A stretch of 64,000 nt of DNA from a bacterium (GCA_021787535.1 JAJYLR010000001.1:211648-275647), one strand, 5' to 3'. Shown: positions 16,342 to 26,581, counted from the first letter of the stretch. The notes: generated by a model from the letters alone, not told the origin. Program-made: numbers and translations.

Positions 16342-19176
16342 ATGATTGGTAAGGAGGGTCTATTCTCCTTGGCTAAGTTGCGAAAGGACAAGGTGGAAGC
16401 TTATAAAATTCCTTTAAATAAAATCTATTCAGAACTTCACAGTTCTCCAAACGGTCTGACGCCATCTGAAGTTCATGACCGGCTTAAAAGCGACGGCAAA
16501 AATGAGATTAGAAAAGTCCGAAAAAGACCGATCATTTTTGATTTCATTGAACAATTTACAAATCTTTTTGCCTTAATCCTGATCTTTGCCGGTTTCCTGA
16601 GCCTATTGCTTCGAGATGCTCAGACCGCTATTGTTCTTTTCTTAATTGTTGTTGTGAATGCCATGATCGGCTTTTTCCAGGAGTATAAAGCTGAGCGTAC
16701 TATTGAAGCGCTCCAAAAAATTATTCCCCGAGAAACGGTTGTCAGGCGAAGTGGCAAAGACACGAAAATCGATGTTTCCGAAATTGTGCCCGGTGATTTG
16801 CTCATTATTCAGGCCGGAGATACTGTTCCGGCTGATTTGCGCCTGACCAAGGCCTACAATTTAAAGACAAATGACTTTGTTTTGACGGGGGAGAGCGCGT
16901 CCCAGGAAAAGTTTGCCGGAGATCTTCCGAGAGACAAGAACCGGAGATTAACAGACATTGATAATTGTCTCTACACAGGCATAGAGGTAACAGAGGGTTT
17001 TGCTGAGGGCATAGTTTTTGCAACGGGGATGAACACTGAGTTCGGCAAGATCGCTCATTTGACATCAAGCGTCAAAACTGAGAAAAGCCCGCTTCAAAAA
17101 GAGATTGATAATCTAGCAAAAAAAGTGACTAAGCTCATTAGTGTGATTTTGCCGGTAATGTTCGCCATATTCTATATTACAAACAAGGCCGGCTTTAATA
17201 TTGCAAACGCTTTTCAATTTTCTATAGGGGTGGCAAGCGCTCTCGTTCCCGAAGGACTGGTTGCCACCGTTTCTATAGCACTGGCGATTGGAGTTCAGCG
17301 AATTGCCAAAAAACAAGCTGTTATACGTAAATTGTCTTCGGTTGAAACGCTTGGAGCTTCTTCCGTCATTGTGACCGATAAAACCGGGACCCTAACCAAA
17401 AATGAAATGACTGTCAAAGAAATTTTTGTAAGTGGCCGCCAAATTCATGTGAGCGGAGTCGGTTACTCGGGAAAGGGGGATTATCTTTCTATAGAAAAGA
17501 AAGATAGCGTATTTAATATACAAAGAAATGAAGATTTCTTTTATGGGATGGTTCTTTGCAATGATGCAGAGATTGACTTTAATGAAAAGGGTGAAGCAAC
17601 GAAAAGTATTGGCGATCAGATGGAAGTAGCTCTCCTTGTTGCGGCCAGAAAGGCCGGATTCGATAAGGATGATGTTTTAAAAAAATTTCCCAAGATTTAT
17701 GAAGCGGCGTTTGATTCATCGAGAAGGATGATGAGCGTAGTCGTAGACTGCGGCCAAGGCGGAGCTGTCTACACAAAAGGTTCTCCGCTTGATGTTCTTG
17801 CAAGGTGTACTCGGATCTTTGATAGTGGAAAAGAAAGAACCCTTTCCCAGAAAGACATAGATTCTATAAAAACTAAAAATGATGAATTTGCCGGCCAAGC
17901 GATGAGAGTGTTGGCTATTGCTCGGAAAAATATTGAGGTGCGGGAAAAATATCAGGCAAGAGAGGTTGAAAACAATCTGGTTTTCCTCGGTTTAGCAGCA
18001 ATTATCGATCCGCCCAGAAAAAGCGTGCAAGGCGCTATCAAAGAATGCCGCCAGGCAGGTATCAAAGTATTTATGGTTACGGGCGACTATGGAGTTACCG
18101 CGGCCGCAATCGGCAAAAGGATCGGACTTGCTGCAGATCCGCGCGTTGTAACCGGTGATGATTTAAAACAAATGGATGACTTTGTGCTTGGGAAAATCCT
18201 GAATTTTGGCGAAGCCGGTTCTGACGGGATTATTTTTGCAAGAACTACGCCGGAAGACAAAATGAGGATTGTTCGAGTTCTTAAAAGCTACGGTTACATT
18301 GTGGCTGTGACCGGAGATGGGGTCAATGATGCGCCGGCTCTAAAAAGTGCCCATATCGGTGTAGCTATGGGTATAACGGGAACGGAAGTGTCAAAAGAAG
18401 CATCTGAAATGGTTCTTTTGGATGATGATTTTTCAGATATTGTTGCGGCAGTCAAAGAAGGCAGAGGCGTTTACGAAAATATCAAAAAAGTTATTTTCTA
18501 TAATTTTTCCGGAAATGCCGCCGAGTTTTTTACGGTTCTTTTTGGTTCGCTGCTCGGGGTAATCCCGATTTATGCCGTCCAGATACTTTTAATTGATCTT
18601 TGCGCCGATATTTTACCGTCATTTGCTTTAGCCCTCGACGGAATCGAAAAGGGAATCATGAAAAAACCGCCTAGAAATGCAAAGGGTAAGTTAATGGAGT
18701 TCAAGGATTTCCGAATGATTTCTCGAACGGGAATTATAATCGGTGCTTTATGTGTTTTAGTTTTCTTGGTTGTCATGTTGCGCGGAGGATGGCGCATAGG
18801 GCAGGCAATTTTTGAAAATAGGCTTTACTTTCAGGCAACCGGCGCAGCTTATGCTACCCTAGCGGTTTGCCAGATCTTTAATGCGATAGAGAGCCGATCT
18901 TTAGAGCTTGGTTTTTCAAAACTTGTTTTGGGCAATAAAAAACTGCTTGGCGCTATTGGTGTCTCAATATTCTTATTTTTAAACATTATTTATAATCCTT
19001 GGCTTGAGCCGTATGTCAAAACAGCACCGATTCAACTCTTCAACTGGATATTTATCATTTTAGCCGGCTTCATATTCCTTTTTTCAATAGAACTGAAAAA
19101 ATGGAAAATCAGAAGCGATAAAGAACATTCTGTAATAGAAGCGCTTCGTAAAGAGCTTTTTGATCAGCCGGTTTAA
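16342..19176 (+). CDS. Cation-transporting P-type ATPase (type II)
   Basis: TGES, PEGL, DKTGTLT, DPPR, GDGVNDAPAL; about 10 TM segments; start may be slightly downstream. Confidence 0.95.
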   Translation: MIGKEGLFSLAKLRKDKVEAYKIPLNKIYSELHSSPNGLTPSEVHDRLKSDGKNEIRKVRKRPIIFDFIEQFTNLFALILIFAGFLSLLLRDAQTAIVLFLIVVVNAMIGFFQEYKAERTIEALQKIIPRETVVRRSGKDTKIDVSEIVPGDLLIIQAGDTVPADLRLTKAYNLKTNDFVLTGESASQEKFAGDLPRDKNRRLTDIDNCLYTGIEVTEGFAEGIVFATGMNTEFGKIAHLTSSVKTEKSPLQKEIDNLAKKVTKLISVILPVMFAIFYITNKAGFNIANAFQFSIGVASALVPEGLVATVSIALAIGVQRIAKKQAVIRKLSSVETLGASSVIVTDKTGTLTKNEMTVKEIFVSGRQIHVSGVGYSGKGDYLSIEKKDSVFNIQRNEDFFYGMVLCNDAEIDFNEKGEATKSIGDQMEVALLVAARKAGFDKDDVLKKFPKIYEAAFDSSRRMMSVVVDCGQGGAVYTKGSPLDVLARCTRIFDSGKERTLSQKDIDSIKTKNDEFAGQAMRVLAIARKNIEVREKYQAREVENNLVFLGLAAIIDPPRKSVQGAIKECRQAGIKVFMVTGDYGVTAAAIGKRIGLAADPRVVTGDDLKQMDDFVLGKILNFGEAGSDGIIFARTTPEDKMRIVRVLKSYGYIVAVTGDGVNDAPALKSAHIGVAMGITGTEVSKEASEMVLLDDDFSDIVAAVKEGRGVYENIKKVIFYNFSGNAAEFFTVLFGSLLGVIPIYAVQILLIDLCADILPSFALALDGIEKGIMKKPPRNAKGKLMEFKDFRMISRTGIIIGALCVLVFLVVMLRGGWRIGQAIFENRLYFQATGAAYATLAVCQIFNAIESRSLELGFSKLVLGNKKLLGAIGVSIFLFLNIIYNPWLEPYVKTAPIQLFNWIFIILAGFIFLFSIELKKWKIRSDKEHSVIEALRKELFDQPV

Positions 19177-19220
19177 AACATTCTTGCACTCAGTTTAAAA
19201 ATCATGTAAAATATTTTCTT

Positions 19221-20624
19221 GTGAAAAAAACTAAAATTATAGCCACTCTTGGGCCATCCTCGGATGACCCAAAAATTATGGAAAAACTGATAGACGCGGG
19301 AGCCAATGTCTTCCGTATCAATTTTTCGCATGCCACAGAAGAGGAAAGGGTTGAAAGAGTTAAAGACTTAAGAGCAATCGAGAAGGCAAGCGGAAAACCG
19401 GTAACGATTTTACAGGATCTGCAGGGACCGAAAATACGCGTCGGTAAGATTGACGGTTCTATTGGATTAACCGAAGGAAAAGAAATTACTCTTACTATAG
19501 ATACACCGGCCTATGGCGAAGTTCCTGTTCAATATCAAGGTATAGTTAGCGACGTTGAACGCGGAAACCGTATTCTTCTGGTTGACGGAAAAATCGTTCT
19601 TGAAGTCATTTCAAAGGATAAGAAAAAGATTAGATGCAAAGTTAAAACCGGCGGCACGCTGATCTCAAACAAAGGAATTAATCTGCCGGACTCCAGCATT
19701 TCTCTGCCGGCTCTTTCCGAGAAAGATCTCTATGATTTAAAGTTTGGTCTGGCAAATGATTTCGACTACATTGCACTTTCATTCGTTAAGTCAGCAGATG
19801 ACATTTTGCATCTTAAAAACATAATCAAAAAAGCAGGAAAGAAGACCAAGGTGATCGCTAAAATTGAGCGTCACGAGGCCGTGAAAAACATCGATGAGAT
19901 TATTGAGGCCGCGGATGCGGTTATGGTAGCCAGAGGCGATCTGGGGATCGAAGTTTCTTTGGCTAGCGTTCCGCTTCTTCAAAAAACGATTATCGAAAAA
20001 TGCAATGCTGCCGGAAAGCCGGTGATAGTGGCAACCCAAATGTTAGATTCAATGGTGCGAAATCCGGTATCAACCAGAGCCGAGACGTCCGATATCGCAA
20101 ATGCTATTTTAGACGGAGCCGACGCGGTGATGCTTTCTGATGAGACATCTGTCGGCAAGTATCCGATAAATGCGGTAAAGGTCATGCGCAAAATCGCTTT
20201 GACAGTTGAAAAATGGTCCAATGACAGCCAGATTATCATCGGGGAAGACGCTATCAAAAAAATCGATTCTACCTCAGAAGCTATTGGAAAGAGTGCTTGT
20301 AAGCTGGCTTCGGAGATAAGAGCTAAGGTGATTATTAACGCAACTGCCAGAGGTAAAACGACTAAAAATGTTTCGAGATTCCGTCCGCACTGCCCGATAA
20401 TTTCTGTGACTCATACCTTGAAAACCGCCCGGGAGCTGAATCTGGTTTGGGGAGTTTATCCGTATGTTCTCAAATACAAAACTGTTCGGGAAATGAGCCG
20501 AAAATCTACGGAAATCGCTAAGTCACTAAAGCTTGTCAAGAAGGGTGATAAACTCGTGATAATCAGCGGTGAGGAAGTGGGCGTGGAAGGCGGTACGAAC
20601 ATGGTTAAAGTTAAAGAGCTCTAG
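19221..20624 (+). CDS. pyk: Pyruvate kinase
   Basis: KTKIIATLGP, DLQGPKIR, MVARGDLG, ATQMLDSM, DGADAVMLS. Confidence 0.97.
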   Translation: MKKTKIIATLGPSSDDPKIMEKLIDAGANVFRINFSHATEEERVERVKDLRAIEKASGKPVTILQDLQGPKIRVGKIDGSIGLTEGKEITLTIDTPAYGEVPVQYQGIVSDVERGNRILLVDGKIVLEVISKDKKKIRCKVKTGGTLISNKGINLPDSSISLPALSEKDLYDLKFGLANDFDYIALSFVKSADDILHLKNIIKKAGKKTKVIAKIERHEAVKNIDEIIEAADAVMVARGDLGIEVSLASVPLLQKTIIEKCNAAGKPVIVATQMLDSMVRNPVSTRAETSDIANAILDGADAVMLSDETSVGKYPINAVKVMRKIALTVEKWSNDSQIIIGEDAIKKIDSTSEAIGKSACKLASEIRAKVIINATARGKTTKNVSRFRPHCPIISVTHTLKTARELNLVWGVYPYVLKYKTVREMSRKSTEIAKSLKLVKKGDKLVIISGEEVGVEGGTNMVKVKEL

Positions 20625-20645
20625 ATCTTAAAAATAGAAAAGAGA

Positions 20646-20678
20646 AAAGGGCCGCGTTGACTTCATGCTGCCCTTTTC
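20646..20678. terminator. Probable bidirectional terminator
   Basis: aaaagggc...gcccttttc imperfect hairpin between convergent genes. Confidence 0.55.
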
Positions 20679-20698
20679 GGATTCTGGACGGAGTGAGA

Positions 20699-21061
20699 TT
20701 ATGAGATGGCTTTTCGAAACTCTGTTTCAAAGTTTTCCCGCAATAAAATGGGTAATTTGTTAAAATTTCTTGTCCACAGATTATACTTGTCGGCGAAAGC
20801 ATTTGCTTTTATAAGCACATCTGTAAGGATGCCATGAGTGGCTGCGTTCTCAAATTGCTCCAGAAAAAATTTCTTGACTTTGTTGCCCAGGTGATGAAGT
20901 AATAGGCAGAAGTCCCAGATTTTTTCGGTATATTCACCGAATATTGGTTCTTTGACTTGCTCAAAGATAGGCCAATCACACGGTCCAAACTCCGAAGGTT
21001 CTGTCTCCTGGCTGTTCTTTCGTATTCCCAATTCAGAACCCCTTTTTTTATCGTGGTGCAT
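20699..21061 (-). CDS. Hypothetical protein
   Basis: GGGGAGGA SD upstream of ATG on minus strand; fills intergenic gap. Confidence 0.55.
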   Translation of the reverse strand: MHHDKKRGSELGIRKNSQETEPSEFGPCDWPIFEQVKEPIFGEYTEKIWDFCLLLHHLGNKVKKFFLEQFENAATHGILTDVLIKANAFADKYNLWTRNFNKLPILLRENFETEFRKAIS

Positions 21062-21173
21062 CTATCCTCCCCTAGATAGATTTGCATTTCATAAGAAGTA
21101 TACAACAAAACCTTTAAACAGGCAAACGTTTCTGCTTCAAACTGAGCCAAAAAAGTGGTAAAATGTTCTGGCT

Positions 21174-21965
21174 ATGGATAAATATATTAAAGATTTAGAT
21201 AAAATCCTTTCCGAAGAGTTTCTTTCATTAAAAAAAGAGATTAAGAGCCAAAAGCTCGGGGTTCTTTTTTCCGGAGGAGTAGACAGTTCCCTTATTGCCA
21301 GGTTAGGCGAAGATACCGGACTAAACCCCATTCTTTACAGTTTCGGAACCGAAAAATCCAAAGACAGGCAGTTTGTTTTTGACTTTGCGAGCGATATGAA
21401 AATGCCGCTTGTTTTTGAAGAGGTTAAAACCGGTGAGATTGAAAAAAATATTCCATTGATTAGAGAAGAACTGGCTAAAATCGGCGAGGACCCGAATCCT
21501 ATGCAAGTCGCTCTTGCAGTCGGAGTTTATCTGGTTGGGAAAAAGGCAAAAGCAGACAATGTTAAATTTATGCTGTGCGGGCAGGGGTCTGATGAGCTTT
21601 TTGCCGGATACAAGAAATATGAGGGGTTAAAAGACGATGATTTGCAAAAATCTTTGGAGCGCGACATTGAATCTGTAATGAGATCGGATATCGCCCGCGA
21701 TGCCCATATGCTATCGCTTTCCGGCATTAAACTTTTCGCGCCGTATACCAGCCAAGAATTTATCGACTATGCCCTGAAAATCCCGCTTGAATATAAAGTT
21801 TCGGGCGATACAAAAAAATTTATAATTCGCAAAGTCGCGGAAAAACGCGGACTCCCCGACTATATTTGCGAACGTCCTAAAAATGCCATGCAGTATTCAT
21901 CCGGAATCCAGAAAGTTGTCTCAAAAGTTTGTAAAGCGGAAAGGCAAAATGGACAAACTGCTTGA
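21174..21965 (+). CDS. Asparagine-synthetase C-terminal (PP-loop ATP pyrophosphatase) domain protein lacking the glutaminase domain
   Basis: SGGVDSS PP-loop, GQGSDELFAGY, KFIIRK, RPKNAMQYSSG; no N-terminal Cys/Ntn domain. Confidence 0.85.
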   Translation: MDKYIKDLDKILSEEFLSLKKEIKSQKLGVLFSGGVDSSLIARLGEDTGLNPILYSFGTEKSKDRQFVFDFASDMKMPLVFEEVKTGEIEKNIPLIREELAKIGEDPNPMQVALAVGVYLVGKKAKADNVKFMLCGQGSDELFAGYKKYEGLKDDDLQKSLERDIESVMRSDIARDAHMLSLSGIKLFAPYTSQEFIDYALKIPLEYKVSGDTKKFIIRKVAEKRGLPDYICERPKNAMQYSSGIQKVVSKVCKAERQNGQTA

Positions 21966-23658
21966 AAAAGTAATTCAAGAATCCATTGGCCGAAAAATAG
22001 TTTCAGATGAGGATTTTCTAACTTTAATTAAAGAAAATTTCAAAGGCAAGTCTGAGGCGAAGTTCCCCTCAAATATTGAAATAAGGAAGAAGTACCGGTG
22101 CATGGTTAATAGAGGGATAATACCGCCAAGTCCGGCGCTGGAAAAAATATTGGTTACCAAAAAGATGCGTTCTCTCTCCGGTGTGGCTGTTATCACGGTC
22201 TTGACCAAACCTTGGCCGTGTCCGGGCAAATGCCTGTATTGCCCGGTTCAGGAAAACGTGCCAAAGAGCTATCTTGCAAGCGAACCGGCAGTGATGAGAG
22301 CGATTTTGTGCGAGTACGATCCCTACAAACAGGTGAAAGCTCGGCTAGATTCACTGGCACTAGAAGGCCATCCGACTGACAAGATTGAACTCATTGTTAT
22401 CGGCGGGACATTTTCAGTGTTACCAAGAGATTATCAGGAAGAATACATAAAGTTATGCCTCGATGCATTGAACGGTACAAAAAGCAAAGATCTAAACAAG
22501 GCAAAAAGGGCAAATGAAACAGCCGAGCATCGTCTAGTCGGGCTGACACTCGAAACTCGGCCTGACTATATTACGAAAAAAGAAGTTGAGCGGATGAGAT
22601 ATCTTGGTACGACAAGAGTCGAGCTGGGTGTGCAGTCTGTTTTTGATGAAGTTCTAAAATTTAACAAACGTGGTGCGACTAATGAAGATACAATTTGTGC
22701 GACGCAACTTTTGAAGGATGCGGGACTAAAAATCTGCTACCATATGATGCCCGGACTGCCGGATTCGGATTTAAAAAAAGACCTGGAAATGTTTAAAGTT
22801 ATTTTTACTGATCCGAGATTTCAGCCGGATTACGTAAAGATTTATCCCTGTATGGTAACGAAGGGTTCAGAACTTTATGAGTTTTGGAAATCCGGAAAGT
22901 ATAGGCCTTACACCGACAAGGAATTAGAAAGTTTAATCTGCGAAATTAAAAAGACCGTGCCATATCAAGTGCGGATCATGCGGCTTATTCGCGATATCCC
23001 TTCCACAGATATTGAGGCAGGTTCAAAAGTGACAAATTTACGGCAAAACGTGCAAAAGAAATTACAATCAGAAGGGGTGAGGTGTAAATGTATCCGCTGT
23101 CGGGAAGCGGGATTATTAAAGAAAGATGAAAAAGTAAAAAGTAAAAATTTCTCCTTTGTCATCCCGAGCGACTTCGCGGAGCGACGAGTCGAGGGATCCC
23201 TTCCAGAAAATGATCAATTCCTAATCTCTAATGGCCAATCAATCTCCAATGATCAAAAATCAAGAAGAATGGATTCTGGGCAAGCCAGAATGACATTGTT
23301 GCGTGATGAGTATGAGGCGAGTGGCGGAAAGGAATTTTTTTTGAGTTACGAGACGGGGGATAGAAGTGTCCTGTCCGCTCTTTTACGCTTAAGATTACCC
23401 GGCGAAACGTATTTGCCGGAGTTAAAAGATGCGGCTCTAATCCGCGAAGTCCATACCTATGGCCAGCAGATCGAAATCGGCAAAAGGGGCGATACTCAGC
23501 ACAAAGGGTTGGGCAAAAAATTAATTACGAAAGCTGAGCAGTTGGCGTGCAAAAACGGTTACAAAAAAGCTGCCGTCATCTCCGGGGTCGGTGTCCGTGA
23601 TTATTACCGAAAACTTGGTTATGAACTTGATGGTGAGTATATGATCAAATTGTTATAA
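21949..23658 (+). CDS. elp3: Elp3-family tRNA uridine(34) acetyltransferase (radical SAM + KAT)
   Basis: RSLSGVA, CPGKCLYCP, PKSY, GGTF, ETRPD, KIYP, RLIRDIP, CIRCRE, IREVHTYG, QHKGLG, ISGVGVRDYY. Confidence 0.93.
   Translation: MDKLLEKVIQESIGRKIVSDEDFLTLIKENFKGKSEAKFPSNIEIRKKYRCMVNRGIIPPSPALEKILVTKKMRSLSGVAVITVLTKPWPCPGKCLYCPVQENVPKSYLASEPAVMRAILCEYDPYKQVKARLDSLALEGHPTDKIELIVIGGTFSVLPRDYQEEYIKLCLDALNGTKSKDLNKAKRANETAEHRLVGLTLETRPDYITKKEVERMRYLGTTRVELGVQSVFDEVLKFNKRGATNEDTICATQLLKDAGLKICYHMMPGLPDSDLKKDLEMFKVIFTDPRFQPDYVKIYPCMVTKGSELYEFWKSGKYRPYTDKELESLICEIKKTVPYQVRIMRLIRDIPSTDIEAGSKVTNLRQNVQKKLQSEGVRCKCIRCREAGLLKKDEKVKSKNFSFVIPSDFAERRVEGSLPENDQFLISNGQSISNDQKSRRMDSGQARMTLLRDEYEASGGKEFFLSYETGDRSVLSALLRLRLPGETYLPELKDAALIREVHTYGQQIEIGKRGDTQHKGLGKKLITKAEQLACKNGYKKAAVISGVGVRDYYRKLGYELDGEYMIKLL
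23157..23295. repeat. Composite TGTCAT...ATGACA element with internal heptamer repeats, read in frame within elp3
   Basis: tgtcatcccgagcga...gtcgagggatccc, AATnnnn heptamers, ggattctgggcaagccagaatgaca. Confidence 0.8.
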
Positions 23659-23784
23659 ATTTGATTTTCATGGTATAATAAAGACATCGTTCAAAGGCGA
23701 AAAGTTGTCGTTTTAAAAAACGAAGCACTTGGACATCAAATAGTGGGTGCTTTTTTGGTTTACAACCCGGGAAAGGAACACAAA

Positions 23785-24168
23785 ATGGCAGGAATAGATT
23801 ACAATGATGCAAACGAACAAGAATTGCATATTTGTAATGGATGCGGGGCAGACGCTGTACAGATTGTCAAGGAGTATTGGATGAGTCAAGGCATTGTCAG
23901 GCTTCATTTGGAATGTGAAGCTTGTACCAGAAAAGCTTTTCCGGTTGTTTCCGTCAAGGAGGCAGATAAGCTGCGCTTAGCGATCCATAGACGCCGAGAA
24001 AATGCAAGACGAATACGGCAAAGAGCGGAAGAAGAGAGGCAACTATTTCTAAGTCTAGCGGATGTGGAAGCTAAGGGTGAAGCTTTTCTTGCGCAAAGGC
24101 ATGCGGACTTTGAAGCGTTCTATGCGAATTGGAAGAAAGAGCATCCTATCGACCCAATTGAAAGGTGA
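23785..24168 (+). CDS. Hypothetical Zn-ribbon protein
   Basis: CNGC...CEAC then helical charged tail; AAAGGA SD; own promoter and terminator. Confidence 0.6.
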   Translation: MAGIDYNDANEQELHICNGCGADAVQIVKEYWMSQGIVRLHLECEACTRKAFPVVSVKEADKLRLAIHRRRENARRIRQRAEEERQLFLSLADVEAKGEAFLAQRHADFEAFYANWKKEHPIDPIER

Positions 24169-24198
24169 AAAATAAAAGGGTGGCGGCAAGACCCGCAG

Positions 24199-24225
24199 GA
24201 AAGCCCTCAGGGGCTTTCTTTTTTC
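24199..24225 (+). terminator. Intrinsic terminator
   Basis: gaaagccc-tcag-gggctttc plus T-tract. Confidence 0.75.
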
Positions 24226-24392
24226 TTGACATAAGGTTTATAATATAAGCAGTCGCAAGGGGGTGCGTAGAGATAGATTGTTTTAACCCTTCGAAGAACC
24301 CGTAAAGTCTTCTATTTCTGCTAAATTCTAAATTCTAAAAACCCACAACCGCCTTAATAACGCAACAACGCAACTCTTTAAGGAGGTTTGCC

Positions 24393-24734
24393 ATGAGACG
24401 CGTGGCGGAACATTGTACAGACCTTAAGAATATTGATAGGTGTCCCATATGCGGATCGAGAGCTATCAGAATGACCGGCAGCTGCAGGGACGATCGAGAT
24501 CCGGTCTGGATGCTCCTCTTCTTTTGCCACGACTGCGAGGGCGCATACCCGCGCGGCCCGGTAACTTCAGAGCTGAAGGCGGAAATTGCAAGAAAGCATC
24601 TGAGTGAGGAGGGATGTGCCTCGGAGCAGGCGGACAAGGAAATGATGAGAGATGAGGAAGAACTTGCAAGATCTCGTGAGAAAGGGGAAGAATTGACGCT
24701 TGAAATGATGTTTCAAGAATTGGCCCGGAGGTGA
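24393..24734 (+). CDS. Hypothetical Zn-ribbon protein
   Basis: CPIC...CHDC; AAGGAGGT SD; TTGACA promoter at 24226. Confidence 0.6.
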   Translation: MRRVAEHCTDLKNIDRCPICGSRAIRMTGSCRDDRDPVWMLLFFCHDCEGAYPRGPVTSELKAEIARKHLSEEGCASEQADKEMMRDEEELARSREKGEELTLEMMFQELARR

Positions 24735-24744
24735 TCCGATATCT

Positions 24745-24774
24745 AGAGGAGACCCTTCGGGTCTTCTCTTTTTA
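24745..24774 (+). terminator. Intrinsic terminator (cUUCGg loop)
   Basis: agaggagacc-cttcgg-gtcttctct plus T-tract. Confidence 0.8.
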
Positions 24775-24871
24775 TAAACAAAAAAACTCCTTGCCAAATG
24801 TTTTTTGGCGGGGTAAAATGTTTTCGAAAAAGAAGAGACGGATATTTGAAACATAATTTGAGGGGGTTATC

Positions 24872-26548
24872 TTGCTTGGTAAAAAGCAAACAAAGTTTAT
24901 TTTTGTAACAGGCGGAGTCTTGTCAGGAATCGGCAAGGGAATATTTGCGGCCTCGGTTGGCAACATTTTAAAGAACCGAGGTTTTTCTGTGAATATTCAA
25001 AAACTTGATCCCTATTTGAACATTGATGCCGGAACTTTAAACCCCGGCGAACACGGAGAGGTATATGTCACCGATGATGGAGCGGAAACTGACCTTGATC
25101 TCGGGCATTATGAAAGATTTATTAATACAAACCTTACCAAAAAAAGCTCGATTATGAGCGGGCAGATTTATCAGGCGGTTTTTGAAGATGAAAGGAAAGG
25201 GAAATACCTTGGTAAAACAGTACAGGTAATTCCTCATCTGACCCAGAAAATCCAAGAGATAGTTCTCGATGCCGCAAAAGGATTTGATATTCATATAGCC
25301 GAAATCGGCGGTACGATCGGCGATCTTGAAGCAGTGCACTTTATAGAAGCTATTCGCCAGTTCAAAAGAAGAGTCGGAGCAGAAAATGTGATGTATGCCC
25401 ACTTGGTTTATTTGCCCTATCTGGAAGCATCAAAAGAGATTAAAACCAAACCGGCTCAAGGTAGCGTCCGAGATTTACTCGGACTTGGCATTCATCCGGA
25501 TATTATCGGAGCCAGGCATGACAAGCCGATTGAAAAAAATCATCTTAGAAAAATTGCTCTGTCGGCTGACGTTGATCAGGAAGCCGTAGTGCCGCTGCCA
25601 TTTGTGAAAAAAGTTTATGATGTTCCGGCTAATCTGGAAAAAGTGGGTCTTGCCGATTATATCTGCAAGAAACTAGAGTTAAAAAGCGCAAAACCTAGAA
25701 AGAACGGTTGGGAGAAGTTTATGGAAAACGCCGCCGACGCAAAAGGTGTAATAAAAATTGGTCTTGTGGCGAAATATCTGGCTAATGAGGATACCTATAA
25801 AAGTGTCAATGAAGCTCTGAAAAGCGCTTTCTGGGCTCAAAAGAAAAATGTGAAAATTGTTTGGATAGACAGCGAAGAGTTAGAAAAGAAAGGGGCGCAA
25901 CTTCTGAAAAGTTTGGAAGGAATAGTGATCCCGGGCGGTTTCGGCAATCGGGGTACCGAAGGCAAAATTATGGCCGCGAAATATGCCCGCGAAAACAATA
26001 TTCCATATCTAGGGCTATGCCTTGGGATGCAGATTGCGGTAATAGAGTTTGCGCGCAATGTTTTGGCCTGGCCAAGCGCAACGAGCGGTGAGTTTGATCC
26101 TAAAAGTAAAAAGCAAGTTATTCATATAATGCCTGAGCAAAGGAAAAATATGGATGAGGAAAACTACGGGGCAACGATGCGGCTTGGCGCATATCCATGC
26201 GTTCTAGACAAAGCATCCAAGTCTTATAAACTTTACGGGAAAGATAAAATTTCCGAAAGACATAGGCACAGGTATGAGTTTAACAATGATCATCGGGAAG
26301 AATTTGCCGGTGCAGGCATGCTTCTCGCCGGACTTTCACCGGATCACCATCTAGTGGAAATAGTGGAAATACCATCTCATAAATTCTTTGTTGCCTCACA
26401 GTTCCATCCGGAGTTTAAATCCCGCCCTGATATTCCACACCCGTTATTTCTTGGCTTTGCTGAGGCCTGTCTTGGCAAAGATACAAAAAGTAGAAAAATA
26501 GATCTCACGAAAATTGTTACTAAAGGCAAAGAAAAAGTCAGGGTCTAA
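24872..26548 (+). CDS. pyrG: CTP synthase
   Basis: FVTGGVLSGIGKG, DPYLNID, ETDLDLGHYERF, GLCLGMQ, ERHRHRYE, QFHPEF. Confidence 0.98.
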   Translation: MLGKKQTKFIFVTGGVLSGIGKGIFAASVGNILKNRGFSVNIQKLDPYLNIDAGTLNPGEHGEVYVTDDGAETDLDLGHYERFINTNLTKKSSIMSGQIYQAVFEDERKGKYLGKTVQVIPHLTQKIQEIVLDAAKGFDIHIAEIGGTIGDLEAVHFIEAIRQFKRRVGAENVMYAHLVYLPYLEASKEIKTKPAQGSVRDLLGLGIHPDIIGARHDKPIEKNHLRKIALSADVDQEAVVPLPFVKKVYDVPANLEKVGLADYICKKLELKSAKPRKNGWEKFMENAADAKGVIKIGLVAKYLANEDTYKSVNEALKSAFWAQKKNVKIVWIDSEELEKKGAQLLKSLEGIVIPGGFGNRGTEGKIMAAKYARENNIPYLGLCLGMQIAVIEFARNVLAWPSATSGEFDPKSKKQVIHIMPEQRKNMDEENYGATMRLGAYPCVLDKASKSYKLYGKDKISERHRHRYEFNNDHREEFAGAGMLLAGLSPDHHLVEIVEIPSHKFFVASQFHPEFKSRPDIPHPLFLGFAEACLGKDTKSRKIDLTKIVTKGKEKVRV

Positions 26549-26581
26549 GACTAACTCAAATAATTCTGCTATAATGAGCCA

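Noticed and set aside
20809-21150. Alternative overlapping minus-strand ORF
   Set aside because: Lacks an SD; the 20699-21061 frame has GGGGAGGA and fits the terminator
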